Counted from the stretch's first letter, positions 10,543 through 22,711 are shown. The stretch is DNA of 36,030 nt from Nemertoderma westbladi (GCA_032718475.1 JAUCBJ010007351.1:1-36030); one strand, 5' to 3'. Made by a program: numbers and translations. Notes: generated by a model not told the origin, from the letters alone.

Positions 10543-11550
10543 CTACTACTACTACTACTAGGATCGGCATGCTGCATTGCAGCTGCATTTTCAAGAATGC
10601 TGTGCCGGCTTGTCAACAAAATTGCACCGCCACAACTCCCTATCACTCATGACATTTGCTAGATCATCCGCATCTTTAAGGCCAGTGTCCTTTAAGATGC
10701 GTCTCAAGAAAGTCATGGGCTGTCCACCATGCTTATTCACTCCATGAGGCTACCAAAGTACAACATTATGCACTGGCTGGTCCTCACGGCGAAAGCAATG
10801 TCCTGCAAAGCGGAGGCGATTTTGTTCTAGTGTCAAGCTTGGGGGAACCAATGAGACACCTCCAATGTTATATAGTGTCTGGTTGGAGATGTGTGCATTG
10901 TACTTGACACAATGAACCCGGCGTAGCATTCTTGTGAATGTGCCATCCAGAGATTTGGTGTCCTCAGCAGTTAGAGCCCAGCATGGACTCCCGTAGAGGA
11001 GTACTGGAACTACTGCTGCTCTAAATAATCGGACCTTAAGTGTCCGATTAATTCTCGGTGACTTCCAAATCCTGGAAAGCCTATTCAAGCCTGCCCATGC
11101 CTTTCCCTGACGTATTCGAATGTCCTCACCTGACTTCCGGACCCATGATCCCAGGTAACAGAAGTCGTCCACTTCCTCAAGCATGCCATCCTTTGAGCTT
11201 TATGCTCATCCGGTCAGAGACTTGCTGAGGACTTTCAAAGTTAACTGTCAAAATTTTGGTCATCTTTTTTTGAGTTAATAAAAAGACCAACACTAGAAGC
11301 AGCCTGTTCTAATGAGCTGAGTACTCCTAAGTCATCAGCAAAGTCTAGATCAGTTAGGTACTTGGCAGGATTTCCTCGAATTCTGGAGCCAGTAGGTGGA
11401 GATACCATCACACCATCATCATTATGATGATCTAAGGACATGCGACGCGAAGAACATAGTCAACCACAATTATGAACCAAAATGGCGCAAGTGTGTATCC
11501 TTGGCTTGGAGGACTCCATATAATACTTCAAATGGTTCTGTATCATCATC
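10543..11550 (-). mobile_element. Second 5'-truncated RTE-type copy with a (TAG)6 tail, degenerate
   Basis: Highly similar to 1107-2020 in reverse orientation and extends further 5' (GVLQ..TLAPFWFIIVVDYVLR). Has an internal deletion, frameshifts and a premature stop at 10750. The (CTA)6 run is at 10543-10560. Confidence 0.9.
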
Positions 11551-12150
11551 AAAATAAGCAGAAATATAGGAATCATAAATAGAATTAAATCATTTTCTCC
11601 AACCCCAGTTCTTTCAAAATTATATTACTCACTGGTAGAACCATTAAATTTAATTTAAAGAACCATTTAATTACTGCATCTCTGTATGGGGTCAAGCAAT
11701 TATGCAATTATATTCAAATAAAGCTACACCGACTGCGAGTATATCTAAATATATAGGTCCACGCCGCCGTAGATGCAAACCTAGAAACCAAACAAACATA
11801 AATTACGCAGCACAACCCAAATTTTAATCCACACTGCTTACGTTCTTTGTACATTTCTCAAGTAGGTTTAATCAGCAATCTGTTTAAGTACCTACATCAA
11901 CGGAATACTCCCGAAAGATATTTTTCCACATCTTTTAACTCCCATAGACCAAATTCATTCTCATCAAACCCGAGGACCGTCTCAAAATAAATGCTTCATT
12001 GTTAGACATGTTAGACTTCAAAGTTACGAAATAATTATATTTTTATTCAAGCCTCACACATCTGGAATTCTCTGCTCGCTGATACACGACATGCATCTTC
12101 CTTTAACTCTTTTAAACAAAAACTCTCTGTGCATCTACTGCATTAACATA
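11551..12150 (+). mobile_element. Degenerate 3' fragment of a CR1/L2-group LINE
   Basis: Translates KISRNIGIINRIKSF...LYYSLVEP, paralleling KISKNIGIINKIKHF...VYHTLIES in the intact ORF2. An AT-rich UTR-like tract follows. Confidence 0.7.
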
Positions 12151-13503
12151 AAAAAATATTATACTTTAGTTTATATTATTTCCGTTACTTTATTTAATAA
12201 TTGGTGTTTTATTTTAAGTCCCTGTCTTGTTTATGTATGTATTTCAGTATGTAGGTAGTTTAAATAAGTTGAGGTTAGGTGATTTAGGTTATGTGCCCAT
12301 CATATATCTAATATACAGTAGTAGTTAGGCCTATTTATTATAACTACAATATATTGTTTATATGTATATAAACAATATGTGTTTATATATATATTTTTTT
12401 ATTATATATATTATATTATATATATTATATTTTTTTTTATATGTTTGATAATAATTTATCTTAATATCAAACTGGAGCCGTTTTATTTATATATATAATA
12501 TATACATATTTTATTATTTATCTTTTAATGCTTCACTTCGTGAATTAAAGAATCAAAGATCAATATATTGTTTTTATTATTACTAAAATAGTCGATTTTG
12601 GAAATATTTTATAAATTATTGTTGCTAATTATATGTTACGTAATGCTTAGATCCAACTCTTAGAATATATTATTTTACACATCGTTCATCTTTTTAATTA
12701 GTATTATTAGACATTTTGTTGTTATATAAATGCGATATTTTCTAATTTATATGGGAATATCAAATAATGAGAAAAGGAAATAGTTATTGTTTGAACATTA
12801 CATGAGAGTTCTTCTATATCACGAGCGACCGAATGATAAAACGAAGTTTATCATTTTTATAGATACAACGTGGGTAAAAGAAAAAACTTCTAACTAAGGA
12901 AAAATATTATTGCCACCATTATTCAGTACATCTGAGAGTCACTTCCCCTGAATTATCAATAGAACCAGCAATAAATTTCCAAGATTACTGCGACCTAATT
13001 TGAATGCACAGCACAGGTCTGTTGTGTCGTTTTCTAACAACTAATTACTATAGTAAGTATCATCTACTTCAATCTCATATCCAATTTAGCTACTGTAGTA
13101 TACAGTACAGAGTAGCGTTAGCAATATGAATTGTTGTGTCCACTCTCGCACACCGGCATGTATTGAACGCAAGTAGATCTCACAGAGACCCCATGCAGGG
13201 TGTAATGAACACGATGCGAATTAATGTAATGGAAAGATGCCCTTCGTGACCTCTCATAACCTCACGTACATAGCATGACATATAATTGTTTAATAAGGAT
13301 TAATATTTTCAATGCAGTGAAGCAAGAAATTAAGATCAATAATGGAACGTACAATGAGATAATGGTAAACCATCATATCTTCCTACATATCAAACAGCAT
13401 ATGCAGCAATTCCACAAACACAAGAAGTACTGTGTGACGAGCGACGACAGTAAGCGAGCTTAGCATACAGGTACCACTAACTCAATCGGTGTGTCTGTTG
13501 ATC

Positions 13504-13720
13504 TGTGGGGCGAGCCACGAAGTGAGAGAGCCTTAGCGTAGTGGTACCATTAATCAACCTGTCGTTCTGTCGTTCTGTCGCGTTTTTTTTCAGTATTTTA
13601 TTTTAAACGTTAATAACTCGGCCAATCCTTGATGAAATCTATCCAAACTTGGTACACATGTTGTTTGGCAAAAGTTTGAAAATTTTCCAAGTAGAATTTG
13701 CGTGGGGCCTTCGTGCAGCA
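13504..13720 (+). repeat. Dispersed HINE/DINE-1-like repeat (inverted partner of 1-193)
   Basis: Near-identical reverse complement of 1-193, continuing into CGTGGGGCCTTCGTGCAGCA, a motif also found inverted at about 17130-17150. Confidence 0.75.
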
Positions 13721-14570
13721 TCAGTGTAACTGTTATTGTAGTTATAATATATTTATTTATCCAAAATTAACATGCGTTAAATTATTATTACTGTAGGATA
13801 AATCAGCTGGTTTTCTGACAAATTTTGCAAAACATAGGGGCTGTCTGCCAATCTGCATGTACCATTTGTACCGGTACTGTCAGGCTGTAATACAGGTCAG
13901 CCGGTACCATACACTGCAGACATGCCATATCATGTAATCTAAACATGGCCCCGGAAACCCTTGCGGTGATTATAGTTTAGGCCTAATTAGCCTAGTACCG
14001 GTAATAATAATATAATAGTTTAGATAGTTCAGTAGTTACCGCTAATCATTCAGTCATTGGCACGGTACACCGTATTGCTGTACTGCCGTTCAGCCGTTGT
14101 AGTGCGCACCGTAGGTACCACCCATGCGTAGGCTGACTGTGCTGATTATGGTTTGATTGATTGATTGTTTTTTACACATAATTAAACCTTTTAAAATTCA
14201 CAATAATACATTTATAAAGATTACGTTACGATATTAGGCCTACAGTACAAGTAGGCCTAATAACACTAGATATTTAGGAGCACCAATACTGATTTATGTA
14301 GATAGTCAACTTATAAAATGTTTATTTACTTAAATAAAAGGTTCTGGTGTAAGGATAGCCTCATGAGGTATATACCTCGTTTCCATGAGGGTCCTATAAT
14401 AATTTTCATACTCTAATATTTAAAGCTAGTCAGACTGTGGTACCTAAGCTATATACGTATACTGTTAGGTATATTGCTGTATTGGGGTGGGGTTAGGAAT
14501 AATCCATTTGTTTTAGCATTGAACTGTTGAATCCCCTTATTTATTATAAAACCATTGGAAATATTCGCAA

Positions 14571-15215
14571 ATGCCGCTCCATTACTGTCTGATGTCTGAA
14601 ACGCTCCCGACAGTCCGATGTATCTGGACCCGAGCAGCCGAGTTGCTTCAAGAGGTGATTAACGGGGGAATACTACGGAATTGCTTGTTTGTCAGTACGA
14701 TTCTATTTGGGTATTTACTACACTCAGACACTGGGAATACGGCGGTCGGTCAGATCGTAATGCGGGCCACTGCCAAGTTCATCATGCCTCACTCCGGTCA
14801 CCCACCTTGGAGTGCGGTGGGAAGAGTCCCACTTACTGACTTACGTCGACGACTGGACGAATCGACGAGGATTGCGATCTGGGTTTAGCGGCGGCCCGGA
14901 TCCTGGGATCGCCTGGGGGAAATGGTTGAACGTTGGGCAGACGTTATCGCACTGGATTACGTTCTCTGTGACGCGAAAGTGTGAAGCGAATTCGTTGTCG
15001 AATTGGGTCGGAAGCTGCGGGAATTCTACTGTTCTACGGGAGTAAACCGCAGCGGTCCGGTGACTGACTACGGACGGATACTACTGGGATAAGCAGGTAT
15101 TTCGATCGAGTTTCTCGTATTCTCGATGCTCGAGGCGGATAGAGAGTTGGTTGTGTTGGGCGGTGTTGTTCAATTCTATCAAACATATTAAATAATTGGT
15201 AAAATAATAAAAACA
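14571..15215 (+). mobile_element. Probable 3' remnant of an L1/Tx1-like LINE
   Basis: GC-rich island encoding C...ETL..PTVRCIW...ILFG...AKFI...W, resembling the region after the C-terminal knuckle of L1/Tx1 ORF2. Ends in an A-rich tract. Confidence 0.45.
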
Positions 15216-15317
15216 CACCAGATAAAGATACTGAGCTTATGGTAAAGAGATAGGCCGAACTTACAATTTCCAAATAGATTGTTCATATAATAAATATATT
15301 TTTGGTATTTGATTTCA

Positions 15318-15581
15318 AGATAGGGGGGGGGGGGGGGGGGGGGGGGGCTGGACGCAATAAAAATTCATCCCTCTCCAGGGGAAATTGGACGCAAATAACA
15401 ACAGCTGATTACTCTCAAAAATAAAACTGTAACCTGTTCTATTGTGTTTACTTTATTGTTTTGGTTAAAATAACGTGCCACTGTAACCTGCTCCTTTCCC
15501 AAAATTTAGAAATTAATATTGAGGCGGGATATTAATTCGCCAAGATGGGATTTGCGTCCAGTCCCACCCCCCTCCTATCTC
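15318..15581. mobile_element. MITE with G-rich TIRs and a 9-bp TSD (Mutator-like)
   Basis: TIRs AGATAG(G)nCTGGACGCAA and TTGCGTCCAGTCCCACCCCCCTCCTATCT. Direct repeat TTGATTTCA at 15309-15317 and 15582-15590. Confidence 0.8.
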
Positions 15582-16425
15582 TTGATTTCACTAAAAAATA
15601 GAATACATTGCATTTTACTGTTATAATTACTGTATTGAATAAAATAATTAATTGATTGTTTATTAAACCGTGCTAAGCACGTTGAACTGGAGCTCTAACA
15701 ATTCCCCACTAGCGGCAGACAGGAACTGTAAAAGTCTCTGTAGAATTTCTAATTAAGCAATGCTCTTAGGTAACTACTACTAAATTTCAGATGAATCTGA
15801 TCGTTGGTTCTATAATTACAGCTATTTTTACGTTTCTGTTAATTCGCCCCCTAGCGGCAGACCGGGGAACTGTAGAAGTCTGTCTGTGTGTAGAATTTCT
15901 AAATTTTTTTAAGACTACAAGTGTACCAAGTTTGGTTCCATTTCATCCATGATTGACCGACTTATTAGCGTTCAAACATTCCTGCCACGAATAAAAGCTG
16001 CAGGAACTCGAGCGATAATTAATTTATTTATTATTAAATACTGTTTCAATTAAATTCTTTACGAAAATCTAGTCATCTTCTTTTAAATATGGACCCTGCA
16101 TTCATGGAAAATATAATATTTGATAATTCATCAGTCACCAGTCAGCCTACGCTAATTTCACAGCAAAGTCCTTGTCATGGCCTGTGTGTAGTAGGCCATG
16201 GTACCACCCTACTACCGGTACCGGCTGACCGGTGGCAACTAGCACTTGCACAGCAACAGCCATACCGGCGATACACAGGTTGAAATTTATGTAGAGTTTG
16301 CTCAACAGTACAGATATAAAATAGTTATCTAAATTATATATATTACTATTGACAAGTATTGAAATATATACCGTTATTCGTGTTATCAGTATTTGCAACA
16401 TCTGACATTGAAGAGGTGAGAGAAG

Positions 16426-16765
16426 ATGAATACCGACACTCAACAAAACCAACGCTTATCACAGGTCGGTATGGTTACCTCGAAACCGGCGCGACTGTCC
16501 ACTCGAATACAACTTCAAAACACAAACGCCAACAATAAACTGAAAGCGAATCGAACGTCTTCAGAAGAATCTGTCATTGGGACGAAGAAAAGGAAGCCGA
16601 AACCACGGGAATGGACCACAGCTAAGATTGAATGCTCCCATTGTCAGAGTTCCTGGACCGAAATTGAAACACCAATTGCCGATGGGCTTGATCTCTCAAA
16701 CCAAAACTTCCTCTGCGGGGTTTGCGCGGCAGTAAAGATTGAAAGTCTGGAAGCTGGCATCCCTA
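16426..16765 (+). other. Coding-like segment with a partial PHD-like finger; possibly a LINE ORF1 5' remnant or an orphan exon
   Basis: Basic patch KKRKPKPR, then IECSHCQSSW...FLCGVC. Composition switches abruptly to AT-rich after AG|GTATT at about 16767. Confidence 0.35.
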
Positions 16766-17123
16766 GGTATTATTATTATAAAGAGCGTCAGCCTGCGTTT
16801 AATAAATATATTTTAATACAAAACAGGTCGAACGCAAAGAGGCTTATAATGAAGACGAGTACTGCATTGATTATATTCCTATAAACCACCTGGCTTTGCA
16901 TATTGAACGTGCGTTTGGAAATAAGTTCGTGCTACCCTTCCGTGGGTGGTAGATGTCGCGGTTATGTATTGGTGGGTGGGAAGGGAGGGGGGGGGGGGGG
17001 TGCAGATTAAAAGGGGTGAACACGTACTGTCCCCCTTTCTTTGATTAATTGGTGGTGTTGGTTAATCTCTCATAACCTGATTTTGTGATACAGTCGCACA
17101 ATTTTAATTTGTATCTCATAACT

Positions 17124-17300
17124 GGGCCTCGTGCTGCGCGAAGGCCCCACGAACGTGTTGTTCTGTCGTTCTGTTGTGTCCAATTTTAAACGTTAATAAC
17201 TCAGCCAAATGTTAATGAAATTTAAACAAACTTGGTACACATGTAGTCTGGCCAAAGTTTAAAAATTTTCCACGTTGAATTTCCGTGTGGCCTTGGAGAA
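17124..17300 (+). repeat. Diverged copy of the HINE-like repeat
   Basis: Shares GTTCTGTCGTTCTGT...TTTTAAACGTTAATAACTC.GCCAA...AAACTTGGTACACATGT with 13560-13700. Confidence 0.7.
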
Positions 17301-18188
17301 GCTAAGATAATAGCAGTTAATTAGTTAATTAAGTTGATTAGGGTAAAAACAGCAATTTCGACCTGCCTCTTAAAGGATATTAATTATTTTCTAGTATATG
17401 ATTTAAATAATTATACTTCAAAATTATATAACTGGATTCCCCATACCCCATTCCATTATAGTTTTTAATTAGTTCAAGAGATTTGCTTTAAGAAATGTGT
17501 TTTTAATTAATTGTAATTAAGTTATCAAAATGCCACCGCATCTCTATACTTCCAGCTTCCTCATTCATTGGCATGCTTGCTATTGCCTAGTCTATCTGCT
17601 GGCGCTGGGAACCAGTCCACCCACCTTACTTGGCAACGAGTAATTATATCAATAGGCACTACAGTAGTGTAAGGTACCAGACTAATAAGCCAGCTTGCTT
17701 TATCTGCCTTTCATTAATCCTCTGTGTAATACCAAATTTATATAATAAATATTTATTAAATGGTAAATAAAGTAGAATTATTGTAATAACGCTTGATTCT
17801 AGAAATATTCCAAAGTATTATTAGATTGGTAAACAGGAATTTACATATTCAAGTGTTAATAATGAAAATTAAAAAAATAAATATATAATTAATTTATTTT
17901 ATTTCTTGTAACATTACTCAACGCCGTTAGTATTAACAGCGAGTTGTTAATTAGCACTTTACAACTTTTGAGGACATTGCAGCATTGTATTGGCCTGTAC
18001 ATTTAGTATTGTATTGGTGTTGTAATGTCCCTTGTTTATGTGGTTACCATTATTGACGGCGAGCTGTAAAGTTACGGCATCATTGGTTACCACGTAAACT
18101 ATAGGTGTCATTTATACTGTAATTAATGATCTAATATTATGGTTTTGTTCAGAAATGGAAAAAATGAGAAAGCATGTCACTGGGGGTT

Positions 18189-18248
18189 GAACCAGCGCTC
18201 TACGTACGTTTCGGCCTATCAGGCCTCATCAGTAGCGCTAACCAGTTC
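18189..18248 (-). ncRNA. Minimal type I hammerhead ribozyme (Penelope/retrozyme-like)
   Basis: The minus strand reads GAAC UGGU UAGCGCUA CUGAUGA GGCCU GAU AGGCC GAAA C GUAC GUA GAGCGCUG GUUC: both conserved core boxes, a 5-bp stem II, a very short stem III with palindromic CGUACG, a GUA cleavage triplet and a closing stem I. Confidence 0.85.
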
Positions 18249-18618
18249 TGCAACTAGCCTCGGACATTCACTCTCCCACCTAATCCACTTCTATTGAACA
18301 GGCAGTCTTAAGTTGCATATTACAGTTATTACAATTATTATTACAGTTAATTGCAGTTGCATTAACAGCTGAACTCCACTTCATTTAAAATTAATTGCCT
18401 GACAGCGAGAGGCCTACTGCATTACCTACCTGTAGCTCCTATTAATAACTAGTAGCTATATTATTAACATAGCTCTAAACGCCACCATAAATATAAGCTA
18501 ACGTTTTTAAAACATAATTGATGTCATTTTTACATTTATTTATACAGCAACTAATATAATTTGTGCAGTTTCTATCACTTATAATATATATAATCATTTC
18601 GTAATGTTACAATTTTGG

Positions 18619-18776
18619 AATAAAACTACATACATATTTGTTGCAAAGTACTTTACAGTGTTCTGATCCTCGTGGCTTTATTTTCACTCACTCTCTAACG
18701 TTCGTTCGTGTAACAAAGCCACTCGGATCATCACACTGTAAAGTGCTACTTTACACACAAGTATGTAAATAGTTAT
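18619..18776. repeat. Long imperfect palindrome (hairpin-type MITE)
   Basis: TTTACAGTG..TGATCC..GTGGCTTT pairs with AAAGCCAC..GGATCA..CACTGTAAA, and the outer arms continue through TACATAC/GTATGTA. Confidence 0.75.
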
Positions 18777-18848
18777 TATATTGTATTTCTTTATTCATTT
18801 TTATTATTGCAGACATGTGCGGGAACTCTGAACTCAATTAAATAAATC

Positions 18849-19023
18849 TCTCTCCAGGGGAAAATCGACACAAATAACCACTGATTTCACTCAAAAGTGA
18901 TAATGTAACCTGTTCGTATTGACTTTCGTTTATTGCTTAGGTTAGAATAACACGCCACTGTAAGCTGCTCCTTTATCTTAATTGATAAAAATTTAATATT
19001 AATAAGGGATTTTAATTCCCCGA
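18849..19023 (+). repeat. Diverged copy of the internal core of the 15318-15581 MITE
   Basis: CTCTCCAGGGGAAA..GAC.CAAATAAC...TGTAACCTGTTC...GCCACTGTAA.CTGCTCCTTT is shared with 15371-15540. Confidence 0.75.
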
Positions 19024-19662
19024 GTTTTCTACCTGTTTCTAATAATTTTACCCATGACTAGCAGGTTTCAGACTCTATGTTAGATCATTGGTTATGGGTA
19101 TACCCCAAATGTTTATTTTAAAACCAGCGAGTTTATCATTAAAATATACCTTTTTGAATAACAAAATCTTTCGTTCGTGGGGCAAAGGCCCCAAGAACAT
19201 GTATGTATTGTATATACATTGTATAGGTTTAAAATTCTAATTACAAATTACATTGTAAGATATTGAATAGCTAAGCCCTTATGACGTCTCTTATAGAACT
19301 ATATTAACTTATCTGAACCAAATAGGTTGAAATTTTGCAATTGCGATTTTATGCCATTAGGTGTTGCTTTAATGAAAACGTCAGCACCTATATTAGTATA
19401 TAATAATTACATTCGTGTTTTATTATATTACAAGGTCAGTTCGGGTCTTATCTTCTGTGTCATTGGTAGAGAAAACAACCAACTCCATGATGATGGAGGT
19501 GAATGATGGAAGTGCCATCTGGTACTGTAATTAGGATCCCCTACTTTTTCTTTCTCCTTTTATTGTGAAACGAACTTACTCTCTGCAAACTACCAACTGC
19601 AAAACCGAATAACTATGGGATTCAAACAAATACAACCGCAAAATTAAACAAATACTTCAGCA

Positions 19663-20382
19663 ATGGGAATGGTCTTTTATAAGTCAGTACTATTATATGC
19701 TATTTACGGGATACTAAACATTACGGCCTGTTATGGCGTCACCTGTTATAACGAAAATTATTATAGCTTTGAAGCATCTACTGATTGGCTACAACAGGAG
19801 GTGAGCAAATTGGTATCATCCATGTCTAATAGCAATACGGTATGGTTACAAGACGCATCAGTCACAACAATACGACATAGAAACAAAAACATGGAACGCA
19901 ACTGCACAGAATGTGCCCATTACTTCGTGCGAATAATCAGTGTTCATGAATTGACCGGGGATGAGTTAATGATCAATGTTATCATTGAAATATGCATAAA
20001 GAGCGAGAGTGAATTGCCATGGAAGAGAATATGCCTGGCTCTGGATGAAGACCGATGTGCAGCATTCATGCTACAGCTAGAAGCTGGGTATCGTCTTAAT
20101 CAGCAGAGGACCGACGGCGTGAAACATGGTCAGGATGAATTCCTCCGGGTCTTGTACATGATTAGAGCCTCTATGAGAGACGAGCTGACTGAAATATACA
20201 GTTCTTGTCATGTCATGTGTTGTCCTGGTGAGTGTCTTACTGATCCAGTCTGGCAGAGGAACCTAGCTACAACTACTACCAGGGCAGTCGAAGAAACAAC
20301 AACAGCAGGATGCAGTTCAGTTGTTGCTACTTTGGTATTTCCTATGATTTTGGTGATGGTGATATTGAGTGGAGTCTTTTAG
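19663..20382 (+). CDS. Single-coding-exon secreted Cys-rich protein, probably GPI-anchored; possible divergent Ly6/uPAR (three-finger) fold
   Basis: 239-aa open frame in AT-rich surroundings. Hydrophobic signal peptide ending ..ACYG, 10 Cys in the mature region from VTCY to CHVMCCPGEC, a Thr-rich stalk, small residues AGCSS, then a hydrophobic C-terminus with no cytosolic tail. AATAAA at 20436-20441. Confidence 0.8.
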   Translation: MGMVFYKSVLLYAIYGILNITACYGVTCYNENYYSFEASTDWLQQEVSKLVSSMSNSNTVWLQDASVTTIRHRNKNMERNCTECAHYFVRIISVHELTGDELMINVIIEICIKSESELPWKRICLALDEDRCAAFMLQLEAGYRLNQQRTDGVKHGQDEFLRVLYMIRASMRDELTEIYSSCHVMCCPGECLTDPVWQRNLATTTTRAVEETTTAGCSSVVATLVFPMILVMVILSGVF

Positions 20383-22711
20383 AACATAATCCACTTTGTG
20401 TGATAATGTATTACCATTGATATAACATGTATTTTAATAAAATTTATAGGAACTTTAATTATTTTATCTTAAGTGCCACTTAAATATTTTAGACGTGACT
20501 TTATAATTTAAGATAATAAATTATAAATTTATACCTCCCCCTTCAGTTTGTGTAACAGGGATTCTAATCCGTCCTCATATTCGGTGGTTTGATAGCAATA
20601 AATTTTAGAAACGTCTACAATATAATGTTTTATTAATAATTAATAATAATAATAAAGTAATAATAAAGTCGCGTCTAAAATACGTGTTACTACAGTACAT
20701 GTCAGTGTGGAATACATTATTGAGTAAAAATACTAAATATATGTCCAACTGATATACAATCAGTGTTTATGTAATATTGCCAGAGACGCTATCTAAGGTT
20801 GGGGGTGAGTCACGCAGTCTGTGAGGACATGATGCAGATGGACCGAGCCATGAAGTATTTGCATGCATATGTTTGCATTCATTTTAATTGATTTGTTACA
20901 AAAAAATTTTACATTACTTAATGCAAAGTGCAAACACCACAACAATATCAACAACCGACAGCCAACAATCTGCAAACCACTGCCGAAAAAGATAAATTTG
21001 AAACTGAAACTTTACTTTAGTTTATTGATTTGGTTATAATGGCCTTGCACTACAACCTTCACATTCATTGATAATTAACATTAATTAGTGCTAATAATGG
21101 TTGTTGTTTGTCGACGTGATGTTTACGTACACCTTTGCAAAGCCATTTATTAATTTTTTAATAATTGAGCATAATGGGCTAATGTATGTACCAATTATAG
21201 TCTAGGGTTACATATATCAACATTCACATATGATTAGTGAACTTGCGGCCAGAATATGGAAGAATACCAGGTTTTAATTTTTCGATCGGAATTTTATTGG
21301 AATTTTATTTGTGATGATGAAAAATTTCTATTTTTTAAATTTTCCCTTATTAAATGTTTTTTATTTCTATCTATATCCTGTACAGATACTAATTAGTTTA
21401 TTGGTTTGGTTATATTTAGCCCTTCTGCAATCTCGCCTTTCTAAATTCTTCAAATGGGGAATTACACTGCAATGTGAAACATTGGCCGTGAACTTTTAAC
21501 ATGCACTAGTTTTATGTTCTTGCGGGATTTCATATCTAGACATACTAGATACTTTTTACATACTTCGTTGAAAGTTGATGCTCATGTGTGACCCAGACCT
21601 AAACATAATATTTGCTTTATCTTTCAAAATATTATTTAATATGCTTTTTACCAATATACTCGTCAATTTAACCGTATTAAGTTATTAATTTCGACAATAT
21701 TAATAATCGGGCTTGTTGACAGCCATACCATATATGTTTAACCCAGTATTAATCTTCATGACAATCTTGTGGATAGTTTAATACTGAACAAGTATTAATT
21801 TCATTCTCATTTGTATTTGAAATTTATTTGTGTATCAAGCACAACAATACGTGGTATTAGTAACCATGCTTATTGGCAGCCTCCCCAGTAATGTGAAAAT
21901 TTCGGTTGCTAATCACCTTTCATATCATTATTTTATTACCGTTGTTGAGCAACAACTCAGAATCAATCTTTTTTGAATGTCGTTGTGTGCGTCAATTGGG
22001 CGTTAATAATAAAGTTAGTCGTATGTGCACAAAGGGGGGGTCTGACCAGGACCTAAAATAATAAATATACTGCCCCGAGAATGAAACTTTATATTTTTTG
22101 GTATTGTGAAACTCCATTTGTTTATATTTAAAATATATTCACCACAGTTAATGTCAGTCTGCGTTTTGGAAAAACATTTGAAACAAAAAAGGACGAGCGC
22201 AACGAGGCTGATGAAGGAGCCTAGTATTATTGTAAAACGAAAAATGTCAAACTTAACTTAAATATCCCTAATTAGTGAATATCAACGTAATATTGTATTT
22301 ATTATAACTACAACATGTGTTTATTATATCTACAAAATATTGAAGTTAGGACAATTGCTACCCAACAAATTGTTTTAAAATCATGGGTCGCAATTGTCCG
22401 GGTCGCAATTTGGCCGGGTCGTAATTTTCCGAACACCCAAAATATTGTACTGTATAGTGATATGTTTAGTACATTGAAACTTATGTTTAGTGATATACTT
22501 ATTATTAGTTAAATTATGTTTAGATTCTATTGGTTTGGTACTTATTATTGGTTTCTTACTTATCTTACTTACTTATATTTCTTACTTACTTAAACCAGGG
22601 AAATATAAGGGGAAATAACACAGAATTACTGTACAAGAAGTAGCGAAATAAAGCAAGTAGAAAATGAAATAAAGCTTTATATATTTATGTACATTGTATT
22701 TTATTAGTCAG

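Noticed and set aside
16971-17000. G-runs able to form a quadruplex (also 15323-15347 and 25493-25507)
   Set aside because: Mostly homopolymer tracts, two of them within TE ends or UTRs; lengths may be unreliable and nothing indicates function.
20735-20765. Minus-strand ISWTY as a possible nAChR exon 4 (GSWTY)
   Set aside because: Lacks the C-x-x-x-FG context and is followed by a stop two codons later.
22205-22255. CTGATGA...CGAAA...GTC, a second hammerhead-like spacing
   Set aside because: No convincing stem I or stem II pairing.
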